From contig NZ_LGHJ01000004.1 in assembly GCF_001306055.1 (NCBI RefSeq), positions 1 to 32,000 on the forward strand: 32,000 bases of DNA, written 5' to 3'. The notes under the pieces are model-generated. The model did no database searches. It was not told the origin of the DNA and saw only the letters and a program-made list of their open reading frames with translations. The stretch comes from Bellilinea caldifistulae (GTDB lineage Bacteria; Chloroflexota; Anaerolineae; Anaerolineales; Anaerolineaceae). Shown here one piece after another: positions 8,593 through 17,659 of the stretch; positions within the stretch are counted from its first letter, which is position 1; each line of letters starts with the position of its first letter. The position numbers and the translations under genes are program-made.

Positions 8593-9897
8593 ATGAAAGC
8601 AGTGGATATCATCATAAAGAAACGCGACCGAAAAGTGCTGAGCCGTGAAGAAATTGATTTTTTTGTGCAGGGATTTACACGGGGAGAAATACCGGATTAT
8701 CAGGTAGCGGCCTGGGCTATGGCGGTGATGCTGAACGGTATGACCGAACAGGAAACTACGGATTTGACTCTGGCAATGGCTTATTCTGGGGAGGTTTTGG
8801 ATTTAACCGGTGTTGTTCCGATTGCGGTGGATAAACACTCAACCGGTGGTGTTGGGGATAAAACTACGCTGGTGGTTGAACCCGTGGTGGCTGCTTGTGG
8901 GTTACCGGTTGGTAAAATGTCCGGACGCGGACTTGGTTTCAGCGGCGGCACACTGGACAAGATTGAATCAATCCGTGGTTTTCGCACCGATTTGAGCAAA
9001 GAGGAGTTCATCCATCATCTGCGAACTTATGGATTGGTACTGACCGGTCAGACGGGGGATTTAGCCCCGGCGGACGGTAAATTATACGCCTTAAGGGATG
9101 TTACTGGTACGGTTCCGTCCATTCCTTTGATCGCATCTTCAATTATGAGTAAAAAAATTGCTGCCGGGGCGCAGGCAATTGTTCTGGATGTGAAAGTTGG
9201 GGCGGGTGCTTTCATGGAAACTCTGGAGGATGCCCGTCAGCTGGCGGAATTAATGGTGGCGATTGCCCGTCTTTCCGGGCGCAAAGCGGTGGCGGTTTTA
9301 TCGGACATGAATCAGCCGTTGGGGTACGCCGTGGGAAATGCACTGGAATTACGCGAGGCAATAGATACCCTGCATGGCAACGGGCCGGAAGATTTCTACG
9401 AACATTGTATGGAAATTGCCAGCCACATGCTGGTGATTGGTGGAAAGGTTCAAGATTTGCGCGAAGGGCGCGATCTTGCGGAAGAAGCCTTACGGGAAGG
9501 GCGGGCATGGCAGCAATTCCGCACACTGGTGCAGGCCCAAGGGGGGGATGTTCGCATGGTGGATCAACCCGAATTGCTACCGAAGGCAGATTTCATTGAA
9601 AAGGTTTATGCCAGCCAGCAGGGGTATTTATCCGCTATTAACGCCCGGGAAGTGGGTGAAACCTCGGTAGATTTGGGGGCCGGCAGGACCAAAAAAGGAG
9701 ATCCGATTGATCACGCTGTGGGTGTGGTTATCCATCATAAAGTTGGGGATTTTGTGCGTGAGGGGGATCTGCTTTTTACCATCCATGCCAATGACCGCTC
9801 CAAACTGGCACAGGCCAAACAACGATTACTGGCGGCGCACAGCTGGAGCACCACCTCGGTTCAGCCCTTACCTTTGTTTTACGGGGTAATTGAGTAG
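8593..9897 (+). CDS. pdp: pyrimidine-nucleoside (thymidine) phosphorylase
   Basis: 434 aa. It matches PyNP over the full length by eye (DIIIKKRD...[68 protein letters not shown]). A GGAGG SD lies at 8581-8585. Confidence 0.92.
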   Translation: MKAVDIIIKKRDRKVLSREEIDFFVQGFTRGEIPDYQVAAWAMAVMLNGMTEQETTDLTLAMAYSGEVLDLTGVVPIAVDKHSTGGVGDKTTLVVEPVVAACGLPVGKMSGRGLGFSGGTLDKIESIRGFRTDLSKEEFIHHLRTYGLVLTGQTGDLAPADGKLYALRDVTGTVPSIPLIASSIMSKKIAAGAQAIVLDVKVGAGAFMETLEDARQLAELMVAIARLSGRKAVAVLSDMNQPLGYAVGNALELREAIDTLHGNGPEDFYEHCMEIASHMLVIGGKVQDLREGRDLAEEALREGRAWQQFRTLVQAQGGDVRMVDQPELLPKADFIEKVYASQQGYLSAINAREVGETSVDLGAGRTKKGDPIDHAVGVVIHHKVGDFVREGDLLFTIHANDRSKLAQAKQRLLAAHSWSTTSVQPLPLFYGVIE

Positions 9898-9917
9898 TCT
9901 GCTCCGTTTTGGGTGTA

Positions 9918-11966
9918 ATGAAACTAAGATGGTTTGAGGTGGCATTTGCGTTATTGGTGATCGCCGTTCACTTAACGGTGATTTTTGCTCCAATGGATTT
10001 ACTGTTGGAAAGATGGTTCACCACCGATGATGCTTTTTATTACTTTCAGGTGGCGCGCAACATCAGTGAAGGGAGGGGATCTACCCTTGACGGCATCCAT
10101 CCTTCGAACGGCTATCATCCCTTGTGGATGCTTGTTTTGATTCCGGTTTTCTCGTTGGCACGCCTTGACCTTTTTGTGCCTTTGCGTCTGGTCGTTGGCT
10201 TGTCGGTGTTGATTTCTCTGACAAGCGGTATTATTCTGTACCGCTTTCTTTCAAAGACTGTTCATCCGTTTCTTGCAATGCTGGCGGCAGTTTTCTGGTT
10301 TTTTTTCCCTCCACTTCATCGCTCTATCACTCAACTGGGGATGGAATCGGCACTTAATGGACTGTGTGTAGGGGTATTGATTTTCCTGACTGGCCGCCTT
10401 TTAGAGAAGCCAATCGCTCAAGAGTCGTGGCGTGATCGCCTGCTTTTGGGGATGACTGCACTCCTGGTTTTGTTTGCCCGGCTGGATAATGTGTTTTTAG
10501 TATTAACCGTCGGTCTGGTGGTCGTGTTTCGCGAAAAGCGAAGATTCATTTTCTGGCTGTTTTATCTTACTGTGGGTCTCATTGCAATTTATCTGGCCTT
10601 TTTTTCTCGGATTGGTTTTCCTCGCTTGCTGAATGATTTTCAACATACCCTATATGCGATGATTGGACTGGGTGTGCCGCTTAAGATCATTCTGGCTTAT
10701 AGCATGGGATTGTTTGATCCGATGTGGAGGGGACTTCGGAAGGAGTTCTCGAGGGTTTGCCTTGTCAGCCTGAGTTCGGCAGCCGTTGTAGCGATATTGT
10801 TGCTGATGCTCAATGTCAGCGGGGTCATCGGAAGCTATCCTCGCATGGTGGGTTTATTGGATATCTTATACAGTATGCTTCTATTTTTACCTGCGCGGCG
10901 ACTGGCGATTGGGCTGGTGGGGAAAATTGAAGATCAGGAAATCTCACCGCTGCGGGAGTTTTTTCAAAATTTTCGCAAGTGGGTCTGGCGGGGGGTTGGG
11001 TATGCTTTACCGATTGTGATCGGTTTGAGCGCTTATCTGCTGCTTAATCTGGTTTGGTTTGGAACGCCGACTCCTGTCAGCGGTCAGGTTAAGCATTGGT
11101 GGGGTACGATTTTGGATATCGTTTATGGTCAACCTGTCAATAGCATTCCTGCCTTATTTGGTTTTTTTGAGAATATTGGTCAAAGCCCGTGGTGGTTGCT
11201 CTTTCTGCCGGCTTCAATAATAAGCAACGCTTTGTCAGGTGGAATGGGGGGAGTGGTTGAGAGTGCATGGTTAAGAGCGAGTCTGGTGGTTGGCTGGCTG
11301 GTATTGGTGTTGATTGGTTTGATTTGGAAAATCAAAAAATCCAATTTTGATCCTCGAATATTAGTGATAACCCCGGTTTTGTCTGCTTGCCTGCTGCAAA
11401 TTATGTATTACACGGGGAGCTATTATGTGAATCTGCGCCCATGGTATTGGGTGAATGAGTCCCTTGTCGGGGTATTATTATTTGCTTTTTCACTGGATGG
11501 CTGGTTTCCCCTATTTTCTTTTATAAAACGAAAAGAAAAATGGCTCGTCGCCTTTGCCGGTTTAAGTATGATGGTGATATTTGTTTGGGGCAGTTTGAGA
11601 TTACTTAATTCGTATGTGTTGCAGCGGAATACTGCTCAATCCTACTATCTTCTAGAGGTTGAATTACTGGAAAAACATACGCCTGCAGGGAGTTTAATTG
11701 GAATGCCGGGGGGCGGGACAACTGCCTATTTTATCCACGATCGCACTATCATTAATCTGGATGGCTTGATCAACAGTTATGATTACTTTCAACATCTCAA
11801 AAACGGGCGAGGAAGGGAATTCCTGGATCAACTGCGCCTGGATTATGTGTTTGGAAATCCGGGAATGATTGAAGACTCAGCTCCGTATTATTCCCTGTTC
11901 GATGGACGCCTTGAACCCGTAACTGATATTCTGGAATTCAGACTTTACCGGTACCGGGCTCCTTAA
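9918..11966 (+). CDS. large polytopic membrane protein, GT-C-like (candidate lipid-linked glycosyltransferase)
   Basis: About 682 aa from ATG 9918 (the ORF track uses TTG 9909). It has more than 12 predicted TM helices. An acidic first-loop motif TTDDAFYYFQVARNISEGRG..DG...NGYHPLW resembles GT-C/ArnT-PMT-like enzymes. A soluble C-terminal domain of about 110 aa follows. The function is not established. Confidence 0.55.
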   Translation: MKLRWFEVAFALLVIAVHLTVIFAPMDLLLERWFTTDDAFYYFQVARNISEGRGSTLDGIHPSNGYHPLWMLVLIPVFSLARLDLFVPLRLVVGLSVLISLTSGIILYRFLSKTVHPFLAMLAAVFWFFFPPLHRSITQLGMESALNGLCVGVLIFLTGRLLEKPIAQESWRDRLLLGMTALLVLFARLDNVFLVLTVGLVVVFREKRRFIFWLFYLTVGLIAIYLAFFSRIGFPRLLNDFQHTLYAMIGLGVPLKIILAYSMGLFDPMWRGLRKEFSRVCLVSLSSAAVVAILLLMLNVSGVIGSYPRMVGLLDILYSMLLFLPARRLAIGLVGKIEDQEISPLREFFQNFRKWVWRGVGYALPIVIGLSAYLLLNLVWFGTPTPVSGQVKHWWGTILDIVYGQPVNSIPALFGFFENIGQSPWWLLFLPASIISNALSGGMGGVVESAWLRASLVVGWLVLVLIGLIWKIKKSNFDPRILVITPVLSACLLQIMYYTGSYYVNLRPWYWVNESLVGVLLFAFSLDGWFPLFSFIKRKEKWLVAFAGLSMMVIFVWGSLRLLNSYVLQRNTAQSYYLLEVELLEKHTPAGSLIGMPGGGTTAYFIHDRTIINLDGLINSYDYFQHLKNGRGREFLDQLRLDYVFGNPGMIEDSAPYYSLFDGRLEPVTDILEFRLYRYRAP

Positions 11967-11985
11967 CATTTGATTGGTTTTGCAC

Positions 11986-12014
11986 TTGTCATTCGGTTAA
12001 ATTCGTGGCATAAT
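11986..12014 (+). promoter_or_regulatory. promoter of the ileS T-box leader (extended -10)
   Basis: TTGTCA (11986-11991), 17-nt spacer, TGgCATAAT (12006-12014). Confidence 0.55.
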
Positions 12015-12030
12015 TTCGGCATCTTTATAA

Positions 12031-12307
12031 AAGCGATGATGGAAACGAGTAGGTTTGAACGCAGCCACAGCGAGTCCGGGTGGGTGTGAGCCGGGCGCAA
12101 AGCGACAAATCGAAAATCCTTCCGGAGCTGCAAACTGAACGCAGGGTTGCCTGTCAGTAGGGGCGCCGGTTTCGCCAGCCGTTAGATAAGGCGCGAATAT
12201 TTCCTGAAAATGGCGTATTCGGCTGAGTGCCTGCTGGATCAGCAGGAAACAGGGTGGTACCGCGAGAAAACCCTCTCGTCCCTGTGTGGGCAGAGGGTTT
12301 ATGTCTT
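12031..12307 (+). promoter_or_regulatory. T-box riboswitch leader (tRNA-Ile sensing) controlling ileS
   Basis: The canonical T-box sequence AACAGGGTGGTACCGCGAG lies at 12248-12266. The Stem III hairpin CCTGCTG-gat-CAGCAGG (12230-12246) lies just upstream. The Stem I base carries GA/K-turn-like GATGATGG and S-turn GAGTAG (12034-12053). The candidate specifier is AUC at 12109-12111 followed by a purine. The terminator helix is AAACCCTCT (12269-12277) / AGAGGGTTT (12292-12300), followed by ATGTCTT. It lies directly upstream of ileS. Confidence 0.85.
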
Positions 12308-12333
12308 AAATTCAAGTAATTAAAGGAGTGAAC

Positions 12334-15300
12334 ATGTTTCGACCGGTTTCTCCAAAACTCAATATTGTGTTAATGGAAGAGGGTGTGCTCCGATTCTGGA
12401 AAAAGCATCAAATTTTCCAGAAAACTATGGAGCAGCGGGAAGGTGGCCCGGAATACGTTTTTTATGAAGGTCCTCCCACAGCAAATGGTAAACCGGGTGT
12501 GCATCATGTGCTGGCACGCGCCTTCAAGGACGTATTTCCCCGCTACAAGACCATGCAGGGTTATCATGTCATCCGGCGCGGTGGTTGGGATACCCACGGA
12601 TTGCCGGTTGAGATCGAGGTTGAGAAAAAACTCGGTTTTACCAATAAACAACAAATTGAGGATTTTGGAATTGCCCGGTTCAATGAACTTTGCCGTGAAT
12701 CGGCCTTTTCCTACATTCAGGAATGGGAAAAGTTGACCGACCGGATCGCTTATTGGGTGGATTTGGATACGGCTTATATAACCTATACCAACGATTACAT
12801 CGAGTCGGTTTGGTGGATCTTGAAGAATTTCTGGGACAAAGGATTGTTGTATCAGGGTTTCAAAGTTGTCCCGTACTGCCCGCGGTGTGGTACGCCGCTT
12901 TCCGACCATGAGGTGTCGCTGGGTTACGATGAAGCAACCGATCCCTCGGTCTATGTGCGGATGCCGCTGGTTGATGAACCGGATACCGCCTTACTGGTGT
13001 GGACGACGACTCCGTGGACATTGCCGGCAAATGTGGCGGTGGCTGCTCATCCGGAAGAAACATACGTGGTGGTGGAACGGGAAATGGAAGAAGGCGGCAG
13101 CGAAAAATTAATCCTCGCTGAAGCCCTACTTGAAAAGGTCTTCAACAACCAGCCGTTCACGGTTGTAAGGAAGATGAAGGGTAAAAGCCTGAAAGGCAAG
13201 CGCTATCAACCCTTATTTACCTTTGTTCCGCCCGACAAGCCTGCTCATTATGTAGTGATGGGCGATTTTGTGACTACCGAGGATGGTACAGGCCTGGTTC
13301 ACATGGCGCCAGCTTTCGGTGCCGAAGATATGAGCGCAGCGCTGGAGTATGATTTGCCGATCTTGATGACGGTGGCGCCCAATGGCACATTTATCTCCGA
13401 TGTGCGTCCCTGGGCAGGCATGTTCGTCAAAGATGCTGACCCATTGATCACCGAAGATTTGCGACAACGCGGTTTACTTTTCCGTTCGGGAACGTACACC
13501 CACACCTATCCGTTCTGCTGGCGCTGCGATACCCCTTTGCTGTATTATGCCCGCCCAACCTGGTATATTCGAACCAGTCAGTTCAAGGAGCGGATGGTCG
13601 AGCTGAACGAACAAATCAACTGGTATCCGGCTCACATTAAGACCGGAAGGTTTGGAAACTGGCTGGCAAACAACATTGACTGGGCCTTGGGCCGTGAGCG
13701 GTATTGGGGAACCCCCTTGCCGGTGTGGGAATGTGAGCAGTGCAAACATCAGGAGTGCATCGGCTCGGTGGCTGAATTAAGCCAGAAAGCGGGGCGTGAT
13801 CTTTCCGGCCTGGACCTGCACCGTCCGCATGTGGATGAAATCATCTACTCTTGTCCGGAGTGTGGTGGAAAAATGCGCCGCATACCCGAACTGATTGATG
13901 TGTGGTTCGACTCGGGTTCAATGCCCTATGCCCAATGGCATTACCCCTTCGAAAATCAGGAAATTTTCGCCCGACAGTATCCGGCCGATTACATTTGCGA
14001 GGCCGTAGATCAGACCCGTGGGTGGTTTTATTCGCTTCATGCGATCAGTACTCTGCTCAACGATCAGGTCAGTTTCAAAAATGTGATTTGCCTTGGTCTG
14101 ATTCTAGACGGCAAAGGCGAAAAAATGTCAAAATCGCGCGGGAATGTAGCCGATCCGTGGGATGTTTTGAATAAACACGGTGCCGATGCCATGCGCTGGT
14201 ATCTTTATACCGCCAGCCCGCCCGGCCAGGAGCGGCGTTATTCATCCGAGCTGGTTTCAGAGGTGGTACGAAATTTCACACTGACCTTGTGGAACACTTA
14301 CTCTTTCTTCGTAACCTACGCAAATCTGGACGGTTGGAAACCGGATGCTTCTCATCTCCCGCAATACAGTGATTTGGACCGCTGGCTACGATCCAGCTTG
14401 CATACACTGGTGCGGGATGTTACCGAGGCCATGGAATCGTACGATGTGTTGGGAGCCACCCGTCCAATTGAAACTTTTGTGGATCAGTTATCCAACTGGT
14501 ACCTGAGGCGTTCACGGCGGCGTTTCTGGAAGAGCGAGTCGGATGAGGACAAGCGCGCAGCCTATGCAACGCTCTATGAAGCCCTGGTCACACTTTCCAA
14601 ATTACTTGCGCCGACCATGCCTTTCATTGCAGAAGAGCTTTACCAGAATCTGGTACGCAGTCTGGATGAATCTGCACCGGAATCGGTACATCTGGCGCAG
14701 TGGCCCGGCTACGATTTAGCGGTGATTGATGAACGGCTCAACCGCGAAATGGCTCTGGTGATGAAACTGGCTTCGGTTGGACATGCTGCGCGAAATAAAG
14801 CCAACCGCAAAGTGCGCCAACCCCTGGCGGAAGCGGCTTTTTCGGTTGGCACGGCCGAGGAAATGCGCGTGGTCGAAGCCTACGCGGATTTGCTGGAAGA
14901 TGAATTAAATGTCAAGAAGGTGCGTGTGCTGGATACAACCGCCGAAGCGGTTGCCTATTCGCTCAACCCCTTGCCCAAACAATTGGGTCAAAAGTACGGC
15001 AGCAAATTTCCGGCGATCCGCAAGGCATTACTGGAACTGGAACCCGAAACGGCTGCAAAACGACTGCTGGCCGGAAAGCCGCTTGAAGTGGTGCTGGAAG
15101 GGGAAACCTTTACCATTTTACCGGAAGAGGTGGAAGTGCGAGCGATGGCGCGTGAAGGCTTTGCAGTGGCCAGTGAAGGTGCCTATCTGGCGGCTTTGGT
15201 CACGGACTTGACCCCGGAACTTGTCAAAGAGGGGTTGGCACGGGAGTTTGTACGCCGGGTTCAAGATTTGCGTAAACAAGCCGATTTAGAAATTTCAGAC

Positions 15301-15486
15301 CGAATCCGGCTTTATTACTCAGCCACACCTTTGCTGGCGGAAGCCGTTAAAGACTTTGCCGGTTATATTCAAGCCGAAACGCTCTGTATTGAGATGGTTG
15401 ATTCACTGCCGGCTGAGAACCTGCCCACGACGCAGGATACCTTCGACGACCAGGAAGTGACCATTGCCCTGAAAAGGGTGGAATAA
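12334..15486 (+). CDS. ileS: isoleucine--tRNA ligase (long, type-2-like form)
   Basis: About 1050 aa. HIGH-region PPTANGKPGVHHVLARAFKD and KMSKS motif (GEKMSKSRGNV). The CP1 editing-domain segment reads WTTTPWTLPAN. Cys pairs are present at CPRCG, CEQC and CPECG. ATG 12334 follows AAAGGAG (12322-12328). The ORF-track GTG 12328 overlaps the SD. Confidence 0.97.
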   Translation: MFRPVSPKLNIVLMEEGVLRFWKKHQIFQKTMEQREGGPEYVFYEGPPTANGKPGVHHVLARAFKDVFPRYKTMQGYHVIRRGGWDTHGLPVEIEVEKKLGFTNKQQIEDFGIARFNELCRESAFSYIQEWEKLTDRIAYWVDLDTAYITYTNDYIESVWWILKNFWDKGLLYQGFKVVPYCPRCGTPLSDHEVSLGYDEATDPSVYVRMPLVDEPDTALLVWTTTPWTLPANVAVAAHPEETYVVVEREMEEGGSEKLILAEALLEKVFNNQPFTVVRKMKGKSLKGKRYQPLFTFVPPDKPAHYVVMGDFVTTEDGTGLVHMAPAFGAEDMSAALEYDLPILMTVAPNGTFISDVRPWAGMFVKDADPLITEDLRQRGLLFRSGTYTHTYPFCWRCDTPLLYYARPTWYIRTSQFKERMVELNEQINWYPAHIKTGRFGNWLANNIDWALGRERYWGTPLPVWECEQCKHQECIGSVAELSQKAGRDLSGLDLHRPHVDEIIYSCPECGGKMRRIPELIDVWFDSGSMPYAQWHYPFENQEIFARQYPADYICEAVDQTRGWFYSLHAISTLLNDQVSFKNVICLGLILDGKGEKMSKSRGNVADPWDVLNKHGADAMRWYLYTASPPGQERRYSSELVSEVVRNFTLTLWNTYSFFVTYANLDGWKPDASHLPQYSDLDRWLRSSLHTLVRDVTEAMESYDVLGATRPIETFVDQLSNWYLRRSRRRFWKSESDEDKRAAYATLYEALVTLSKLLAPTMPFIAEELYQNLVRSLDESAPESVHLAQWPGYDLAVIDERLNREMALVMKLASVGHAARNKANRKVRQPLAEAAFSVGTAEEMRVVEAYADLLEDELNVKKVRVLDTTAEAVAYSLNPLPKQLGQKYGSKFPAIRKALLELEPETAAKRLLAGKPLEVVLEGETFTILPEEVEVRAMAREGFAVASEGAYLAALVTDLTPELVKEGLAREFVRRVQDLRKQADLEISDRIRLYYSATPLLAEAVKDFAGYIQAETLCIEMVDSLPAENLPTTQDTFDDQEVTIALKRVE

Positions 15487-15507
15487 AATCCAGAATAATT
15501 CAAACAA

Positions 15508-15540
15508 ACAGGGCACCCAGATGGGTGCCCTGTTCTACAT
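15508..15540 (+). terminator. intrinsic terminator after ileS
   Basis: ACAGGGCACCC (15508-15518), AGAT loop, GGGTGCCCTGT (15523-15533): a perfect 11-bp stem. The tail TCTACATT is T-poor. Confidence 0.65.
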
Positions 15541-15555
15541 TAACGTTACAAAAAC

Positions 15556-15583
15556 TTTACAAACTTGGTCTGGTTGGTACAAT
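15556..15583 (+). promoter_or_regulatory. extended -10 promoter giving an apparently leaderless transcript
   Basis: TTTACA (15556-15561), 16-nt spacer, TGgTACAAT (15575-15583). The ATG of the next gene (15592) begins 8 nt after the -10 and no SD is present. Confidence 0.5.
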
Positions 15584-15591
15584 AGAATAGA

Positions 15592-16612
15592 ATGAAATCA
15601 AAAACCTCCGTTTCGAAATGGATTTGGGTGATTTTGCTGGCGTCAATCCCTCTGTTGGTTTGGTCGCTGGGTTCAACGCCGCTGAATGAGATTGTGCAGG
15701 TATTTTCTCGTCTCCACCTTGCTCAGGTCATGATTTTAGCAGGGGTCAACATTCTAGTTTTTCTTTTGATTGCATTGCGCTGGGAGATTATTCTGCGCGC
15801 CATGGGGATGAAAGTGCCTCTGAATAAACTGGTCAGTTACCGCTTAACCAGTTTTGGAGTGAGCTACTTTACACCCGGCCCGCAATTTGGCGGCGAACCG
15901 GCGCAGGTTGCCTTTTTGACCCGTCATCATCCTGTTCAAACCCCTGCTGCCATTTCGTCCGTCTATCTGGATAAATTGTTGGAGTTATTGGTGAATATTC
16001 TGGTCATCTTCGGGGGACTTTTCCTAACTTTAAACGCGGGCTTTGGCAGCCATATTCTCCAGCCAAAATGGCTGGGTCCTGGTTTTGCTGGTGGCTGTGG
16101 TTCCCATGATTCATCTGGTTGCCTTGAAAAGCCACTTATATCCTATCAAGTGGCTGGTAGAAAAGAGTGGAGCCCACCGTTCAAACCGGCAATGGATGCG
16201 GAAAACCAGTCAACTGCTGGTTGAGGCAGAAGGTCAAATTGCAATCTTCCTGGAAAAAAATCCAAAAAGCCTGCTCCTGGCAATTTTGGTGTCTCTGCTT
16301 TCCTGGGCGGGGATGATTTTAGAGTACTATCTGGCTGCGCAATTTCTGGCTTTGCAAATGAATGGTCAGCAAGTTGCGTTTGCGTTTGTTCTTTCGCGGC
16401 TTGCCTTTTTGGCACCCTTACCGGGTGGATTGGGGGTTTTGGAAGCCAGTCAGGTTTTCGCAATGCAATCAGTCGGAATGCCGGCAGCAGCGGGGTTGGC
16501 ACTGAGTTTATGGATGCGCGCCAGGGATGTGTCCATTGGACTGGCAGGCTTGATGCTGGGTGGCTGGTTTCTAACCCGCCCATCCCATTCAATTCAAGAG
16601 GATTTTAAGTAA
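15592..16612 (+). pseudogene. flippase-like / lysyl-PG-synthase-TM-region (UPF0104) family membrane protein, interrupted by a frameshift
   Basis: Two overlapping ORFs (15592-16224 and 16043-16612) lie in frames offset by +1. Each encodes one half of a single membrane protein of about 335 aa. The N half has LRWEIILRAMG..L....YRLTSFGVSYFTPG..GGEP. The C half has LSRLAFLAPLPGGLGVLEA. The hydrophobic reading switches frame between 16034 and about 16075. Confidence 0.6.
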
Positions 16613-16619
16613 TAAAAGA

Positions 16620-16988
16620 ATGGAGATACCCATGATGACTACTCGCTCAAAGATTGGGGTTTTGGAGGGATTAATTATTTTGCTCACCCTTGCGACCGCT
16701 GCAATTCACATTTCATTGCTTTTTCCGGATGTGGTGTTCATCTTGAATGGTTTGGGATTCCTTTCGCTGGCTGCAGCATATTTTTTACCAATACCGCTGT
16801 TTACTCAGCGAAGAAAATGGATTGCCTGGGCTTATATGGGATACACTCTGGTGACCATTCTCTTGTGGGTTGCGATTGGTGAGCGCTCAACGTTGGGGTT
16901 TGCTACGAAAATCGTTGAAATAGCCCTTTTGATCAGTTTGTGGATGGATTATCGGCGGGGTTCATTCGGTAATCGTCAATCTTCTTAA
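16620..16988 (+). CDS. small integral membrane protein (4 predicted TM), unknown function
   Basis: 122-aa ORF with four hydrophobic stretches. It lies 7 nt after the preceding gene and 17 nt before ribA. An alternative start is ATG 16632, after GGAG (16623-16626). Confidence 0.5.
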   Translation: MEIPMMTTRSKIGVLEGLIILLTLATAAIHISLLFPDVVFILNGLGFLSLAAAYFLPIPLFTQRRKWIAWAYMGYTLVTILLWVAIGERSTLGFATKIVEIALLISLWMDYRRGSFGNRQSS

Positions 16989-17005
16989 ATCATTGAGGTG
17001 TTGTA

Positions 17006-17659
17006 ATGGAAGAACCATTAATTTTGAATCAAATTGTTTGCGCGCGAGTCCCAACCGCAGTGGGAGAATTCCAGCTCTGCCTGTACACCAATAATCGGGA
17101 CGACAAGGAACATCTGGCGTTGATTCGGGGGGACGTGTTCGGTAAGGAAAACGTGCCTGTCCGGATTCATTCGGAATGTTTCACTGGTGATGTTCTGGGT
17201 TCGCGCCGGTGTGATTGTGGGGAACAATTGCACCATGCGATGGAATACATTGCCCTGGAGGATTGCGGGGTAATTGTTTATCTGCGGCAGGAAGGCCGCG
17301 GCATTGGTTTGATGGAGAAACTACGGGCTTATAATCTGCAAGATCAAGGAATGGATACGGTGGATGCAAATCTTGCTTTGGGGCATCCTGAAGATCAACG
17401 CGAATACAGTGTGGCTGCGGCCATTTTGAAGGATCTGGGGGTGCGGTCGGTGCGTCTGTTGACCAATAACCCGGACAAGATTGCCGATTTAGAGAGCCGC
17501 GGAATCCGCGTTGTTGAGCGAATACCGCTCATCCCCACCATATATCCGGATAATGCCGCCTACTTGATGACCAAAATAAAGCGGATGAATCACCTGCTGG
17601 ATGCAGAAGTACTTCAATTTGTTCACTCCGAATCGAATCGCAATGGAAATCATCCCTGA
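17006..17659 (+). CDS. ribA: GTP cyclohydrolase II (monofunctional)
   Basis: 217 aa. RIHSECFTGDVLGS.RCDCG.QL, YLRQEGRGIGLMEKLRAYNLQD.G.DTV.AN and VRLLTNNP.K...L...GI.V.ER.PL all match RibA. The active-site Tyr (RAY) is retained. Confidence 0.9.
   Translation: MEEPLILNQIVCARVPTAVGEFQLCLYTNNRDDKEHLALIRGDVFGKENVPVRIHSECFTGDVLGSRRCDCGEQLHHAMEYIALEDCGVIVYLRQEGRGIGLMEKLRAYNLQDQGMDTVDANLALGHPEDQREYSVAAAILKDLGVRSVRLLTNNPDKIADLESRGIRVVERIPLIPTIYPDNAAYLMTKIKRMNHLLDAEVLQFVHSESNRNGNHP

Noticed and set aside
11731-11739. DnaA-box-like TTATCCACg (8 of 9 match); I also searched for oriC near rpmH.
   Set aside because: It is a single copy inside a coding region. I saw no cluster of DnaA boxes or AT-rich unwinding element in the intergenic regions around rpmH, and trkA rather than dnaA lies upstream. 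There is no evidence for an origin in this window.
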